Below the pieces are notes generated by a model. The model was given only the letters and a program-made list of their open reading frames with translations, was not told the DNA's origin and did no database searches. A program made the translations under genes and the position numbers. This document shows, one piece after another, positions 1 through 12,849 of a DNA stretch of 64,000 bases. Position 1 is the stretch's first letter, and the number at the start of each line of letters is the position of its first letter. Origin of the DNA: Octopus vulgaris. Taxonomy: Eukaryota. The stretch lies in assembly GCA_951406725.2 (NCBI GenBank), contig OX597814.1:138074001-138138000 (forward strand), given 5' to 3'.

Positions 1-358
1 TATCCCTGGAGATTACATCAGGGTAGGAGAGTGTGCGCCCTCTGATATCGCGAGTAGATGGCTTCCAGAGGAGAAGAGTAGAAATTGCCTCGTTTTCAGC
101 TCTACAACAATGTCCAGCAAACTGGACTCTTCTACCTTTCACAAGAGATGACACAGGTGGTAGTTTCCCATATATTTGCATTTTGGTTGGACGACGCTTC
201 CACGAGAGATTTTGAGCTCTCATAACGAGGCGAGTGTAGGTTCCATCCAACTGCCTCTCAAGCTTCTTTGATAACGTCCAGGTTTCTGAGCCATATAGTA
301 GAATTGGTTCGACTGTGGCGTTGAAGATTTTAAGTTTGAAGTCTCTACTTAGATTTAG
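1..358 (-). mobile_element. RTE-clade LINE ORF2 C-terminal fragment, 5'-truncated and running off the window edge
   Basis: Minus-strand frame open for about 119 codons: LNLSRDFKLKIFNATVEPILLYGSETWTLSKKLERQLDGTYTRLVMRAQNLSWK...RRVQFAGHCCR...LLLWKP. LLYGSETW and FAGH are typical of the post-RT region of RTE elements. No start codon, so absent from the ORF track. Confidence 0.88.
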
Positions 359-1329
359 TATATAGCTTTGTTGGGTGGAGAGAAAGTGAGAGAGGTTATG
401 TAGTTGGATTTTGAAAAGCAGGTAATCTGGTTTTCTTGACAAGAAGGCTTTCTCAAAATCATCATCATTGTTGTTTTAACAGCAACTTTTCCATGTTTGC
501 ACTGGTCAGACAGAATTTGTTGAGGCTAGTTTTCTACTTCTGGATACTCTTCCTGTCATCAACCCTCACCAGTTTCCATATAAGGTAGTATTTCCCCATT
601 GCCAAACATAGATTTCATGGTAGCCTGGAAACAAACAACTTATATGACAGCGATGCTTGTTTACAACTGCTCTATTTCAGAAAATTCTTGTATCAAATAT
701 GAAACCTTGTCTCAAGGTCACATACATTTCTGATAATACTTCCAGCAAGAATCTATTTGAGTTGTTAGGGTGATTATCATATCAACGCTTACCCTTTTAT
801 ATGCATTTTTCTGCATGTTTTTTGTCACGTATTCCATCAAACTATTGCTGTTTTTATTTACAACAACGTAATTAACGAGGAGTTATTTGTGTGGGATGCT
901 GTTGTCTTCCATGTTTCTTTTGATCTTTCTGTGCAGTTGCTGTGTTAGTGTATTTTTCTGTTGTTGATTTAGTTGTTTATACAGTGGGAGTGATAGTGGT
1001 AATTGTTGTTGTTGTTGTTGTTTTCACAGATTTTTTTTTTGTTGGTTGTGTTTCTGCGGTTGTAGGTTTAGTCTTTGTTTATGTTGTAGTCAAGAAGTTA
1101 TAGCGCCAAAATGATACCAGAAAAATTGTGTAGCTTATGTTACCTTTATATATGTATTCAGTTTGGTAGTATCTTTGAATCTTCCTTGCGAGTTATCATA
1201 ACATTCTAGCAAAAATAAATAAATAAATAAATAAACAAAACAAAACAAAATAAAAGACTCCCCTTCCACATCCTTCAAAGCCTCACTATTGATACATCTC
1301 CTATAATTGAACATGTCTAGGAATTTCAG

Positions 1330-1572
1330 AATCTTTAAAGAATACAACAGTACTTTTAAAGGATACAAACAGTATAATTATAGGAAAACACGATTGGAGA
1401 GTAAATCTACAGATTAAACATAAGTTTATATTTAAAACTTTGGATATATTTAAAACTTTAGCTTCATGCAACATTAGAATTCTGTCTTGTCTCATGTTCT
1501 TTGAAAAATATATTTGTCCAAAACATGAGATGTGAACTGTGTTAGTACAGATGTACCTGAAAAGCAAATTTT
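1330..1572 (+). pseudogene. Possible decayed Penelope-like GIY-YIG endonuclease C-terminus
   Basis: Broken frames give STFKGY...ST, SCLMFFEKYI and NMRCEL, resembling PLE motifs TFKxRY..ST.LS, CxLCLxEKxxI and LNKRSEL. Many stops and frameshifts. Confidence 0.35.
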
Positions 1573-2117
1573 CAGAAAATCATGTTTATTGTTGGCAAAT
1601 AGTTTTTTTTTGTGGTAGTAAGGGTTAGACAGGGAGATACTTGAAGCAGGATCTTTACAGCCAGATAAATGCTTTTCCTGTCACCAACCATTATTTGTTT
1701 TTCAAGTAAGGAAATTTTTATTTCAGAAGAAAGAGAAAGTGCAGAGCTAGCGGATGGTTTGTTGATAGGAAATGTCAACATCTGTCACTGGTTCCAGCTC
1801 AGCAACAAATGGTGATACCTGCATCTGTAGCATAGCTCACTGTAAATTGTAAGCATTCACTCATGTACACACACACACACGCTCCTTTCAGTTTCTGCCT
1901 ACCAAAGGCTTAGAAGTAAAGTGAATTCATTTCACTTTACATATTGTGGCTGTGCAGTTAGGAAGCTTGCTTCCCATTCACTTTGTTCAAGGTTCAGTTC
2001 CACTATGCAACACCTTGGACAAGTGTTTTCTACTATTGTCCCTGTCTGACCAAAGCCTTGTATGTGGACTTCATAGATGGAAGCTGAAAGAAGGCCATTA
2101 TGTGTGTATGCCCCCTC

Positions 2118-2150
<33 letters not shown>

Positions 2151-2155
2151 CACAC

Positions 2156-2560
2156 ACACAAATATGAGAGAGAATCCACTATGTGGACGCCCTTACGCTA
2201 AAGAGAGATCCGCATGAGTCTCAACCACTAAAAATTGTTTTCAATAAAAATTGAAAATGAAAAATAACAAAAAAATATAGATTAACCCCATGGGGTTAAT
2301 CAATATTTTTGTTATTTTTCATTTGTCCTGCTTGCTTACGTTCATAGTGTGCTAAATTTTTCTTGAGAACAATTCTTAGTGGTTGAGACTCATGTGGATC
2401 TCTCTTTAGTGTAAGGGCGTCCACATAATGGATTCTCTCTCATATTTGTGTATTAATAATATTTACTGAATCTCAGTTTTTTATGTGCCAAACCACTGGT
2501 GTTAAATTGATGTTATTAAATTAATATCCAATTTTTTCACCCTCATTTTGATTTTAATTC
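2156..2560 (+). mobile_element. Fold-back (long palindrome) + 3' tail element in a microsatellite, probable PLE derivative
   Basis: 2156-2451 is an imperfect palindrome centred on gattaacccca|tggggttaatc (2290/2291). It is followed by a unique ~110-nt tail and then (TA)n. Confidence 0.6.
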
Positions 2561-2580
2561 TATATATATATATTTACATA

Positions 2581-2853
2581 CCAGTGCCGCTGGACTGGCT
2601 CCTGTGCAGGTGGCACATAAAAGGCACCATTTGAGCATTGTCGTTGCCAGTACTGCCTGACTGGCCCTCATGCCATCAGCATGTAAAAGCACCCACTACA
2701 TTGATGGAGTGGTTGGCATTAGGAAGGGCATCCAGCTGTAGAAACTCTGCCAGATCAGATTGGAGTCTGGTACAGCCATCTGGTTTGCCAGACCTCAGTC
2801 AAATCGTCCAACCCATGCTAGCATGGAAAGCAGACGTTAAACGGTGATGATGA
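2581..2853 (+). mobile_element. 3' end of the RTE LINE family seen at 51031-52822
   Basis: ggcacataaaaggcac repeats, ggttggcattaggaagggcatccagctgtagaaac, ccaacccatgctagcatgg and a (GAT)n tail, all matching 52600-52822. Confidence 0.85.
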
Positions 2854-5800
2854 TATATATATATGTGTGTGTGTGTTGGTGTTTCACTGTCATGCAAAGT
2901 GTTCTTCTTTTCCAAACATCTGTGAAAATATGTTCAGTCATGGGGAAATATCACCTTACTTGAAAACAAATGAGTGTTGGTGACAGGAAGAGTATCAACC
3001 TGGCTGTATGAAATTTGTCTCAACAAATTCCATTCAATCAGTGTGAACACAGAAAAGTGGATGTTAAATAATGATAATAATGATGATGATGGCAACAGAA
3101 TATGCAAAGAAGAGTGAAAAACTGGGTGGTGCAATACTTAACCAGTTGGAAATTGACAGACTGTTAAATGAAAAAAGATGAATGAGAGAACTGTGGACTT
3201 TGGTCAAAGAACATACGTTCTAGAGTGCAGCTTTTTTGGGTTTTTTTTCTCTAGGCTTGAATTCAATGCTGCAGTCAACTGAAACACTCTCCATAGTGTT
3301 ACCATTCTTTGCAATCGTGATTTGTATCTGTTTGCTGCTAATTGCTCAATTACAGTTATTAGAAAATGCAGGGTGTGTAATGGAGCCAGACAAAGTAATC
3401 AAGATTAAGATGATGACACCACCACTGCCACTGCCGCCACCACCATTGCCACCGCCACCACCACCACATAGTGATAAAGTCCGGTCAACCCTGCTTAAGC
3501 AGGAGACAGATGTTCAAACATAAATATTTAACAGGCATTTCAAGCTTTGTCCAGCCTTATGTCTTTTTGAAGAACATGCAGAGCAAAAGCAATGTTATCA
3601 CTTGTTACTGTTCCTATTTTAAGGATGGTTTGGGAGTTTATCCAAAGAAGATTAATTAAGCTGCCTCTCTAAACAGGTTGAGTGACTAAAATAGAATCTC
3701 CCATGCTGCTTTCTCTCTACACATATGTAACTATATAACTTATTTTATTGTTAGACAACTATGTTGTAGTGGGTGGCTTTTATCTTTTTTTTATTTTTTG
3801 TTAATGGCTCAGTCAGAAGAGGAAGGACAGTTCACAGGGTTCTTTTCGGAGCCTTAGTGACCAGTGGGTAAAAGTTATCCTTACATTAGAGACGTGACAT
3901 GATTGCTTGCAACAAAATGGACTCTGCTAAAGGCTGCCAAGGACCAGGTAGTGGTGGTAGTGTTGAATCAGGTAAACAGACCTGACTACTCAGAATTAAG
4001 TGCTTTGTTTCAAGACACACCAGCATCTCAGTAATACTGATGGTAACTGGATACGAACTGAGAAATCTCCAGTTCAAAAAGTTGAATGCATTTCAACACT
4101 CAGCTAATTTTAGTGAATGTCCTTCCGTTTTCCATAATTGAAATAGTTGTACAAGAACTGTCACTATTTCAACTACTCCAGTTTCTGCAATAATGATGGG
4201 AAGAACTAATAGCAGCAACAGAATGCAGCTATTCATAGCTGTTTATTTTATGTGCATGATGGTGGTGGCTGTCTGGCTGGATGAAAGCAACAAGAAGGTT
4301 TGTAATGGTGGTGATAGCGATGGTGGTTGTAGTAATAACTCGATGTAGTGACTGTGGTGCTTGTAATGGTGGTAGCAGTCCTAGTGGTTGTATTATGAAC
4401 ATATTAGTGATAACGGTAGTGAAGTGGAGGAAAACATGGGGACGGTAGTAGAGGGCAGGGATAAGTGGGGTGGTTTTAGTGTTTCGTGCCAATTGACGAT
4501 ATTAATGTTGGTGATGGTGATGGAGTGTCAAATTAATTAACCGAAAAATAATCTCGTCCAGTCTTTTTGTAATCTCGTGGGAACTGAAAACTATTGTGAT
4601 ATTTTCTTTGAAAGTTTCGAGGAATCTACTTCCCGCCATTATAGAGACATTATTGGGACATCCTGTACCTGTTTTTGTTTCCTCTTTTTTTTATAGTTTT
4701 TATACATATTTTTTTCTGCTCAGAAATCATGTGAAACCTAACTGCAATTGGCAGTCAGTAAACACCCATCCGTGCTGATTCACTTGGATGAGCATATTCA
4801 CAGGAGTTTTAGGAAGGAATGCACACCATTCTCATAGAGAATTTAATGCCCTGGATAGACCCTGTGTGATCAAGAATAATTCATCAGTAGATGACCACCC
4901 CTATTGAATTTTTTTCCTGTAGCTTTGCGCATACTCCTGACTGTTTAATATGTTCATGCCCAACCCTGCAAATTCATTTCTGATTAATTTGTCGTTAGAG
5001 GAAATGCAGTATCTTTGATTTTTGCAAGCTTTTCCAGAATGGTAGAATCGATTCTTGTGTGGGTTGACATCTATATGGAAAATAAGGGACAGTGAGGAAA
5101 TTCTTGCAGATTGTAAGGCCTGTGAAGGAACAAGTGATGAAACGTATAGTTATTTTGGGAGAAAGATGGATACATTGCTTCCTAGTTCAAGGGAGCAAAA
5201 GTCTTCATGGTAAGTACAGGGGCTATGTAAGAGAGATGTCAATAAGGTACATTGCCTAAGCTGGAGGCTGTAACTTGGTAGTTAGAATGTAGAGAATTTG
5301 TTTATCATTCTTTTAAGATCAATAAAAAGAGGTATAAATCATGTGAGGGTTGATTTCAGTGATATTCCTTACAAATGTGTTCTTGCTTCAATGTGACACA
5401 TCAATATTTAGTGAGAGTTGTCAGATGGTTTAGTAATTAAAAGAAGAAAACAAAAATTGTGAAACAAAGCAGTTCCAGTGGAAGCTGTTTTCAAAGAAGC
5501 AGAAGTGTTTAATACAGGTTCAGGTAGTGTATGATAACATATTGAGACATTGAGAGGAAGAAATGGAGATCTAAGTAGGAGGAGTCTGGAAATTCAGCGA
5601 AATACAAGCTGTTGTAAGTGCTATTAAAAGAAGACAAAGCTCAATGACTTTCATACGGTAATAGTGTTTGTGAATGGAGTATTGCCAATAAAATGGAAAG
5701 GGCTTATTTTGGATACTGCATAAAGTGTGTGTGTGTGTTGTGCACTGTTATTAATGTATAAGCTTTCACCACACAGAAAGAAAATGGGGTGAAGAACTTT

Positions 5801-6200
5801 TCTTTTTTTTTTTTGGCAATGTACTCGTAGCTATGTACTCGTAGCTTATATCAGGAAATCACCGTAGGCAATGTTCTGTGAAATATTTGCTTGAAATAAT
5901 TCCACTTGTTTCTTCAGGAGCTTGAGATGTGATTGATTCATCAAACAGAAAAACATTTGAGTTTATTACTATTACCATTACAGTTTTTAGTTACCACACT
6001 TTATGTTCTGTGTTCAAATCTCACAGGGGCTTGACTTTGTTAATCATCTTCCCAGGTTCAATAAAATGGCTGCCAATCAGGGCCTGAAATCCATTTAATT
6101 GATTGTGCTCTCCCTCCAAACATGTAGTTTTGTATCAAAGAAATTGTAACAGAAACTAGGGACTTACATTAGTTTATTGAGACAGTCAATACTACTCACT

Positions 6201-6590
6201 CGCAAAGGCAATGAGCTGGCAGAAACGTTAGCATGCCGGGTGAAATGCTTAGCAGTATTTCGTCTGCCGCTATGTTCTGAGTTCAAATTCCGCCCAGGTC
6301 GACTTTGCCTTTCATCCTTTCGGGGTCGATAAATTAAGTATCAGTTACGCACTGGGGTCTATGTAATTGACTTAATCCGTTTGTCTCCTCTATGTTTAGC
6401 CCCTTGTGGGTAATAAAGAAATAGGTATTTCGTCTATCTTTACGTTCTGAGTTCAAATTCTGCCGAGGTTGACTTTGCCTTTCATCCTTTTGGGGTATTG
6501 ATAAATTAAGTACCAGTTGCGTACTGGAGTCGCTCTAATCAACTTCCCCACTCTCCTAAAATTTCGGGCCTTGTGCCTAGAGTAGAAAAG
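6201..6590 (+). mobile_element. tRNA-derived SINE, family B, internally dimeric
   Basis: Head gagctggcagaaacgttagc and B-box-like gagttcaaattcc. The body cctttcatcctttcggggtcgataaattaagtac occurs twice. 13-bp TSD aatactactcact at 6188-6200 and 6591-6603. Confidence 0.85.
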
Positions 6591-6927
6591 AATACTACTC
6601 ACTTACAAGATTGTATTCAGTGACAGATGTATCTTTTAACAATGGGAAATCAGAAGTATAGTGATCTGGTTACAGTGAAAATATAAAATATGTAAGCAGA
6701 TGCATGTGCTAGAATAAAAGTGAAATTGTCTCACACAGTGCACATTAGCTTTAGTGGGTGGAATTTTATAATTGTAATCACATTTGTCTGTACGGGAGGG
6801 CTTAATCCTGTTATGTAAAATTTTCATAGTTACTAATTATTACTGTCTTAAATATGTTAAATAATTTCAAATGATTTTCTTTTTTAACAGAATATATGTA
6901 TGAAACAATGCCTGAGATATTGGCTTT

Positions 6928-7182
6928 TTAACACATAAAGCACGACGGGCCATGATCGTGGCTGTCAGGCACAGGTCGACAGGCCATGATCATGGCCCAG
7001 ATAGATGTATTTCATTTATGGCCGTTTGTTGGGGTCTAATGTCACTCAAACACTCCGATACACCACTGAATGCAAGAGGACTAATAGTTCAACTAATGAC
7101 TGTGCATGATAGTCTCATTTTCATAAAATGTGCTCAGCAGTTCATGCTTTGTTAGTGCAAATCCTAGCGCTTTATGGGTTAA
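6928..7182. mobile_element. TTAA-flanked MITE (piggyBac-like)
   Basis: Ends ttaacacataaagcac and gcgctttatgggttaa form imperfect TIRs bounded by TTAA. Confidence 0.6.
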
Positions 7183-7241
7183 ATGACGTTTTATTTCCAT
7201 TAATTTTCCAAGTAGATCACAGCAGCTCCAAGATAAAATAA

Positions 7242-7736
7242 GGCAAGACTTCCTTTTGTACCCCCACCAAAAACCCTCTTTTTCTATTTTTTTTTTTTTC
7301 TACACAAACCCCCGTTTTCGGCTATGGAGAATACGAATCTGCAAAACAATTTAAAAATCGGCATTTTGAAATTACCCCCTCCTAATTTTTTTTACTTTTT
7401 TCAGAATTTTTATTTTTTAAATATGTGCAAAAATATGGAGATTATAATTCTGAAAAATTTCAAAAAAATTTTTGTAAAATTTCAAAATAAAAAATTAAAA
7501 AATTACACCTCCCCCTCTTTTTCAGAAATTTTTTTCAAAATGATTCTGAAAAAATTTTCCAAAAATGTTTGTTGTTAGGGCGAAGGGTGTTAGAGTTAGG
7601 GGGGAAAAATCAAAAAATGAAGAAATTGGAGGGTGGGGGGCAAATTTCAAAAAGCCGATTTTTGGCTAGTTACCGGAATCTCCGTTTCCGAAAACGGGTG
7701 TTTTTGTGGGGGAAAAAAATGGGAGGAAGTCTTTCC
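7242..7736. mobile_element. MITE with GG...CC termini and 8-bp TSD (Merlin-like)
   Basis: TIRs ggcaagacttcc and ggaagtctttcc. TSD taaaataa at 7234-7241 and 7737-7744. Further internal inverted segments. Confidence 0.75.
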
Positions 7737-8247
7737 TAAAATAATCAAAATGAATCACAGTAAAAAAGACGAACACTCAAGATAAACTAGCATTTCACAT
7801 TGTGATGATATAAAACAAAATGATTTAGGTGTTGTTTGTAATTAAAATGAATGTATCAATATGACAACAGGTGTACGAGAACCGTTTTGTCACAATACGT
7901 ACATATCTACATAAATGTCTATCTTCTACGTAATATACGAGAGTATGTAAGGGTCAAAGCTCACTGGTTGTGACGGCAGCCTGGCTTAATTAAATTTGCA
8001 GCACGAACTTTTCTGTTGTCACAGCTTACGTCTTTTCTCCAACTTCTGCTCCCCACCCCGAAAATTCCGTTGTTATGAATGCGCTTGGCGTTGATTACAC
8101 CCGTTATCCTTGTTGCAGTTACGGTGATAAGTTACATAGAAGTAAATGAAAAAATTGTTAAATGTAAATTTATTTAAAATATCAATATCTTCCACTTGTT
8201 CCAGATGTTTATTCATTGTGTAATTTGGTTGTTTACGTTTTGTCGGC

Positions 8248-8257
8248 AATATGGCGC
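8248..8257 (+). promoter_or_regulatory. YY1-like motif AATATGGCGC inside a CpG-retaining zone
   Basis: Matches the AAnATGGCG consensus and lies in unique sequence that retains CpGs. A single short motif, so weak evidence. Confidence 0.2.
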
Positions 8258-8368
8258 TTTTTTTTGTTATTAATCTGTACTGTTTTACATATGGAAACAA
8301 ATTAATGAAAGAAAACATAAGAACTTCATGTCATTGTTATGTGTGTGTATATATATATTATAACTAGA

Positions 8369-8831
8369 GGATCTTTTCCTTTTGAACGGCACTTTTCAAC
8401 ACAATTTCTAGTTAACTAAACACTTTTAAACTTCGTATAACTGGTAGAATGTGTTTATAAAACATCATTTTTTCTTGGCTTTATTGAGAAAATTTCTATA
8501 GGTTGTAAGATATTTCGTCTGAAATTTCGAGCATTTCGGCAATTTTAACCAATCGCTGGAGTCCATTTAGGTTAACAGCATTCCGTGCTGTATGAATATG
8601 TCCCTCCTTTAAGAAACAGATTGGGTTTATTTACATTTGGGAAGAAAAAAGATACCCTTCCCCCACCCCTAACCCGAACTAACCCTTGGTTAAAATTGCC
8701 GAAATATCTTACAACCTATAGAATTTTCTCAATAAAGCCAAGAAAAAATGATGTTTTATAAACACATTCTACCGGTATACGAAGTATACTAGAAATTATG
8801 TTACAAAGTGCCGTTCAAAAGGAAAAGATCC
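8369..8831. mobile_element. MITE with long TIRs and 8-bp TSD (Merlin-like)
   Basis: TIRs ggatcttttccttttgaacggcacttt and aaagtgccgttcaaaaggaaaagatcc, with inversion extending more than 100 bp. Perfect TSD taactaga at 8361-8368 and 8832-8839. Confidence 0.85.
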
Positions 8832-9321
8832 TAACTAGATAGATTTACAGACTGCCTCAACGTCAGTAACTGGATCTGCAAATCTGAGATAGGTCTGAAT
8901 TCCTGCAGAGGACGACACAGTAAGACGTAAAACTAAGAACATTGTGCAGCTGTATTCTTAATCCTCATTTGGCGAAGCGACGAGAGAGAGTCCAACAACA
9001 TGCATGCATGTATCAGTTAATCAATTGATCAACCAACCAATCAATCGGTCATAAAATGCGGACGAGTTTGCCTCTCCAGAGCTGACTTCACAAATCACAT
9101 ATGTAAACACGATAAAAAGCCATAGGTTGAATTCACCCAGTTTCCAGCAGTTAATCCTTTACGCAAATTATGTGGTAGAAAATTGTCTGGCCGATCTGGA
9201 GCCACAAACCTTAAAAGTACGCAAGGTGTTGTACAGAACGAGTACCTGATCGCAACACATAAATATGAGCGTCACACCTGCAGCAAAAAGTTAAGTTGCC
9301 TGCAGGCTTTAAAAGCCATTG

Positions 9322-9731
9322 GGATCTTTTCGGTTTGATCGGCAGTTTTTTAAAATAATCTCCACGTAACTAAACACTTTTAAACTTCGTATACTGGTAG
9401 AATGTGTTTATAAAACATCTTTTTCCCTTGGCTTTATTGAGAAAATTCGATGGTTTGTAAGATATTTGTTGTTGTTTTTTTTCAATTTCTGCATTTTCAA
9501 CCAATCAATGACATCTATTGAGGTGAAAACATTCTGTGCCGTATGAATATGTCCCTCATTTAAGAAACAGATTGGGTTTATTTACATTTCTGAAGAAAAA
9601 AAGATACCCTTCCCCCACCCCTAACCTTAAAACAGATTGAAATGCAATAGATCGATACTAGGGTCATAATTATGGGTGACAATTTCATATGACACCGCTA
9701 GAACAAACTGCCGTTCAAACCGAAAAGATCC
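9322..9731. mobile_element. Related Merlin-like MITE
   Basis: TIRs ggatcttttcggtttga and tcaaaccgaaaagatcc. TSD agccattg/agtcgttg (2 mismatches). Body homologous to 8369-8680. Confidence 0.8.
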
Positions 9732-10207
9732 AGTCGTTGTAAATCCCAGGTTCATTAAGAAAAAAAGAAAAGAAAAATAAATCCAGAAACATGATAACTT
9801 GTGAAGGTCATGCTCGCCTAACAAGTTTACAGCTATCATCGTAAAAATACATTAAAAAAATCTTTTTTTTACTCAAGGAAATGTGAAACAAAATAAATAA
9901 ATGAGAGAGAGAGAGAGCGATTCAGTTTGTTTCATTCATTTAGTTACATTTTCAAATACAGATTAACCTCTCCCAGTTTGTAAACATTATTAAATGCTTA
10001 CATTGTAATCACAAGAACTATGCTGGGTGGTAACGAAAAAGTAACTTCGAACACTTTTATATTCTAGGCATTTTTGTTTTATCTTGCAGTCACTGAAGTG
10101 TAACAGATATTGCAGCTCCAATGTAGCATATGCTGCGACAAATATCATATAATAACGCAAATTAAAAATGGAGAAATTCAAATTTTCTACTGTTTCTTAT
10201 GATAAAA

Positions 10208-10723
10208 CTAGCAGTATCGCCCGGCGTTGCTCGGCTTGTAAGGGAAATAACTATATAAGCATTTTTAGAGAGTTACTTCCCTTATAGATGCCAATTCGGG
10301 CTTTCTTAGCCATTTCTGTTTTGGTGTCTTCAAGCCATGAAGTCGTTGTTCTAAAAGAACGCTGGTCTCCTTGACAGCGCTTTACGACGTTGATTTCCTT
10401 ACACTCCCTTCCCCACAGCTTCACGAGGGAGGGAAGAAGGGGGAGAAGCAAACACAGGTGCAGGTGTGAGCGTGGACGCCAACTCCACAGCCATCGACTC
10501 ACGAAAAATTATGCATTAAAATGGAATAAAAAATTATGTTAAATTATTTTTAAAATCGTAGACTCATCGTAGACGCGCGCTAATACTCAGACGGGCTCGA
10601 TATGAATCACGACTATAAGATACCCGAATTTGGTTAAACTGCACCGCAAAATGTGGGAGTAGTTAGGAATCTAAATCGAAGGGGACAGACACTCACACAA
10701 CTACAGTTTTATATATATATAGA
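10208..10723 (-). mobile_element. Non-autonomous Helitron, unit 1 of a tandem dimer
   Basis: On the minus strand it starts TC and ends with a ccgagcaacgccggg-type hairpin, ~10 nt, then CTAG followed by host T. Confidence 0.85.
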
Positions 10724-11226
10724 CTAGCAGTATCGCCCGGCGATGCTCGGGTTTGTAAGGGAAATAACTATATAAGCATTTTCAGAGACTTACTTCGCTT
10801 ATAAATTCGGGCTTTCTTAGCCATTTTTGTTTTGGTGTCTTCAAGCCATGAAGTCGTTGTTCTAAAAGAACGCTGGTTTCCTTCACAACGCATTACGACG
10901 TTGATTTCTTTACACTCCCTTCCCCACAGCTTCACGAGGGAGGGAAGGGGGAGAAGCAAACAGGTGCAGCTGTGAGCGTGGACGCCAACTCCGCCGCCAT
11001 CGACACACGATGCATTTTATGCATTAAAATGGAATAAAAAATATTAAATTATTTTTAAAATCGTAGACTCATCGTTGACGCGCGCTAATAGTCAGACGGG
11101 CTCGATATTAATCATGACTATAAGATACCCGAATTTGGTTAAACTGCACCGCAAAATGTGGGAGGAGTTAGGAATCTAAATCGAAGGGGACAGACACTCA
11201 CACAACTAGAGTTTTATATATATAGA
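10724..11226 (-). mobile_element. Non-autonomous Helitron, unit 2 of a tandem dimer
   Basis: Near-identical to 10208-10723 and joined without a spacer (taga|ctag). The outer flanks a10207 and t11227 give the A|T target. Confidence 0.85.
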
Positions 11227-11249
11227 TGTGCTAAATAAGAAATTATATT

Positions 11250-12600
11250 CCAATAGAAATGCACTCGGAGAGCGCAGACCTCCGCCAAGCAGCTCATTTC
11301 CACCCATATACACGCTTGCTGAAAATCGCCCAATTTCCCAAACCAACGCCGGCAAAAACATAACCCACTCCCATACTTCTCTCGACTATCGTCATCATCA
11401 ACACTGTCTCTGCTTTCACCACAATCACCGTCAAAACTACGATCACCACAATCAGTTTCTTTACAAAGTTGAAAATTCATTATCCGATACTCATGGGGCC
11501 GAGATTGTTGCAGATTTTTGATTTTTCTAATTTCGGAGTGCTTTATTTAAAAGAAAAATAAATGCATCTACAAAACGGAACAGTTTGAGGATAGAAACCA
11601 GGTCTAAACACAATAGCTTATAGACATACTCTGAATGTAGTTCTATATAAATCTTTAATAATTTTTTTATACTTAAGACCATCGGAAATGTTAAGATATC
11701 AACCTCTACCCACGTTGTCATGCTTTGATTAAAAGGTTACAGCATAGATTAGATTAGATTACCTAGATAAGTTGACTCAGGCCATGTCTAATTTAATAGC
11801 ACCATCTGGAAGAGATACACAGTCAGCTCTGGGGAATCGTAGCCCATTCAAGCAGAGGGTTATTGTTTTCAGAGACATGTTTGGGTGTGGGTGGTTTATC
11901 TGGTTTTTGTTGGGGGTAATCATCTAGGGATCGTTTGAATGCCGTGAAGTCACTTTCCTCCTTTATGTGTGTCTGGCATGATGTTGAAGAGAGCAGGGCT
12001 AATTGAGGTGAAATAGTTCTGTCATAGTGTTGTGATACGACACGAACATTTCTGTAGTGGACGGGTAGCACGGGGTCCAAGCCTCGGACGAATTTTAAAG
12101 ATGGGCAATGTTGATGGAATATTTTCCACATCATACAAATGATATAGAGTTCACAGCGGCGGTGGAGGAAGCAAAGCCTGAGCTTTTTGAGTCAATTCCA
12201 ATAGTCAAGGCTTGTCATGTCATCTTCCGCAGACCTCCGCCGAGCAGCTCATTTTAAGACAGATACGCGAGTAAAATTACCAATAGAGAAACGAAAATAA
12301 ACTTTGGAAACAGCAACACCACTAGGTTACGTGCAAACAATGAACGTGTTTTCAAGAGAGATAATCAAAGAACATAACATAATACTTCATGTAAAGTAAA
12401 TATAACAAATGAAAATTCCTTCAAGAATCCATAAAAATTCCCAGATCACCACCAAAATTTCATCATCTATTCCTTGTGTCATTACCAACTTTTCCTGCGA
12501 ATTTCATCAAATACCGTTCTCAACCTTTTGAGTTATTTTGTACACAGACGGACAAACCAACGCTGATGAAAACATAACCTCCTTCCTTGGCGGGGGTAAC
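11250..12600. mobile_element. Helentron/HINE-like non-autonomous element(s), interrupted
   Basis: cgcagacctccgcc(a/g)agcagctcattt occurs near 11272 and 12228. Its reverse-complement-like partner ccttggcgggggtaa near 12585 follows gaaaacataacctcc, a subterminal inverted repeat pattern. Confidence 0.45.
11790..12225 (-). mobile_element. CR1-clade LINE 3' fragment
   Basis: Minus strand reads LDYWN*LKKLRLCFLHRRCELYIICMMWKI...FKRSLDDY..QKPDKP, matching the CR1 C-terminal consensus YWERLKxLxLYSLQRRRERYxII..WKI ... FKxxLD...PDxP. Confidence 0.75.
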
Positions 12601-12849
12601 AATTCTTTCTACTAGAGGCACAAAACCTGAAATTTGGGGGGAAGGGGGATAGCCGCTTACATCGACTCCAGTGCTTGACTGGTACTTGTTTCATCGACTC
12701 TGAAAAGATGAAGGGAAAGTCGACCTTTGCCGAACGGTATATTCAATAATGGAAGCATGTTGTACAACTTAGCGTATTCTTTTTTAGAAAGGTAAAATCG
12801 TAATTAATTGGGTTTACTGAAAAGAAAGAAAAAATATATAAAAGAAACA

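Noticed and set aside
3236-3523. 95-aa ORF with a hydrophobic stretch and poly-Pro
   Set aside because: The poly-Pro comes from a (CCA/CCG)n repeat, the start is TTG, and there is no family motif or convincing splice context.
3850-5320. Possible very old minus-strand L2/CR1 RT remnants (similar case at 44870-45220)
   Set aside because: Only faint motif echoes across many frameshifts. Boundaries and identity are not supportable by eye.
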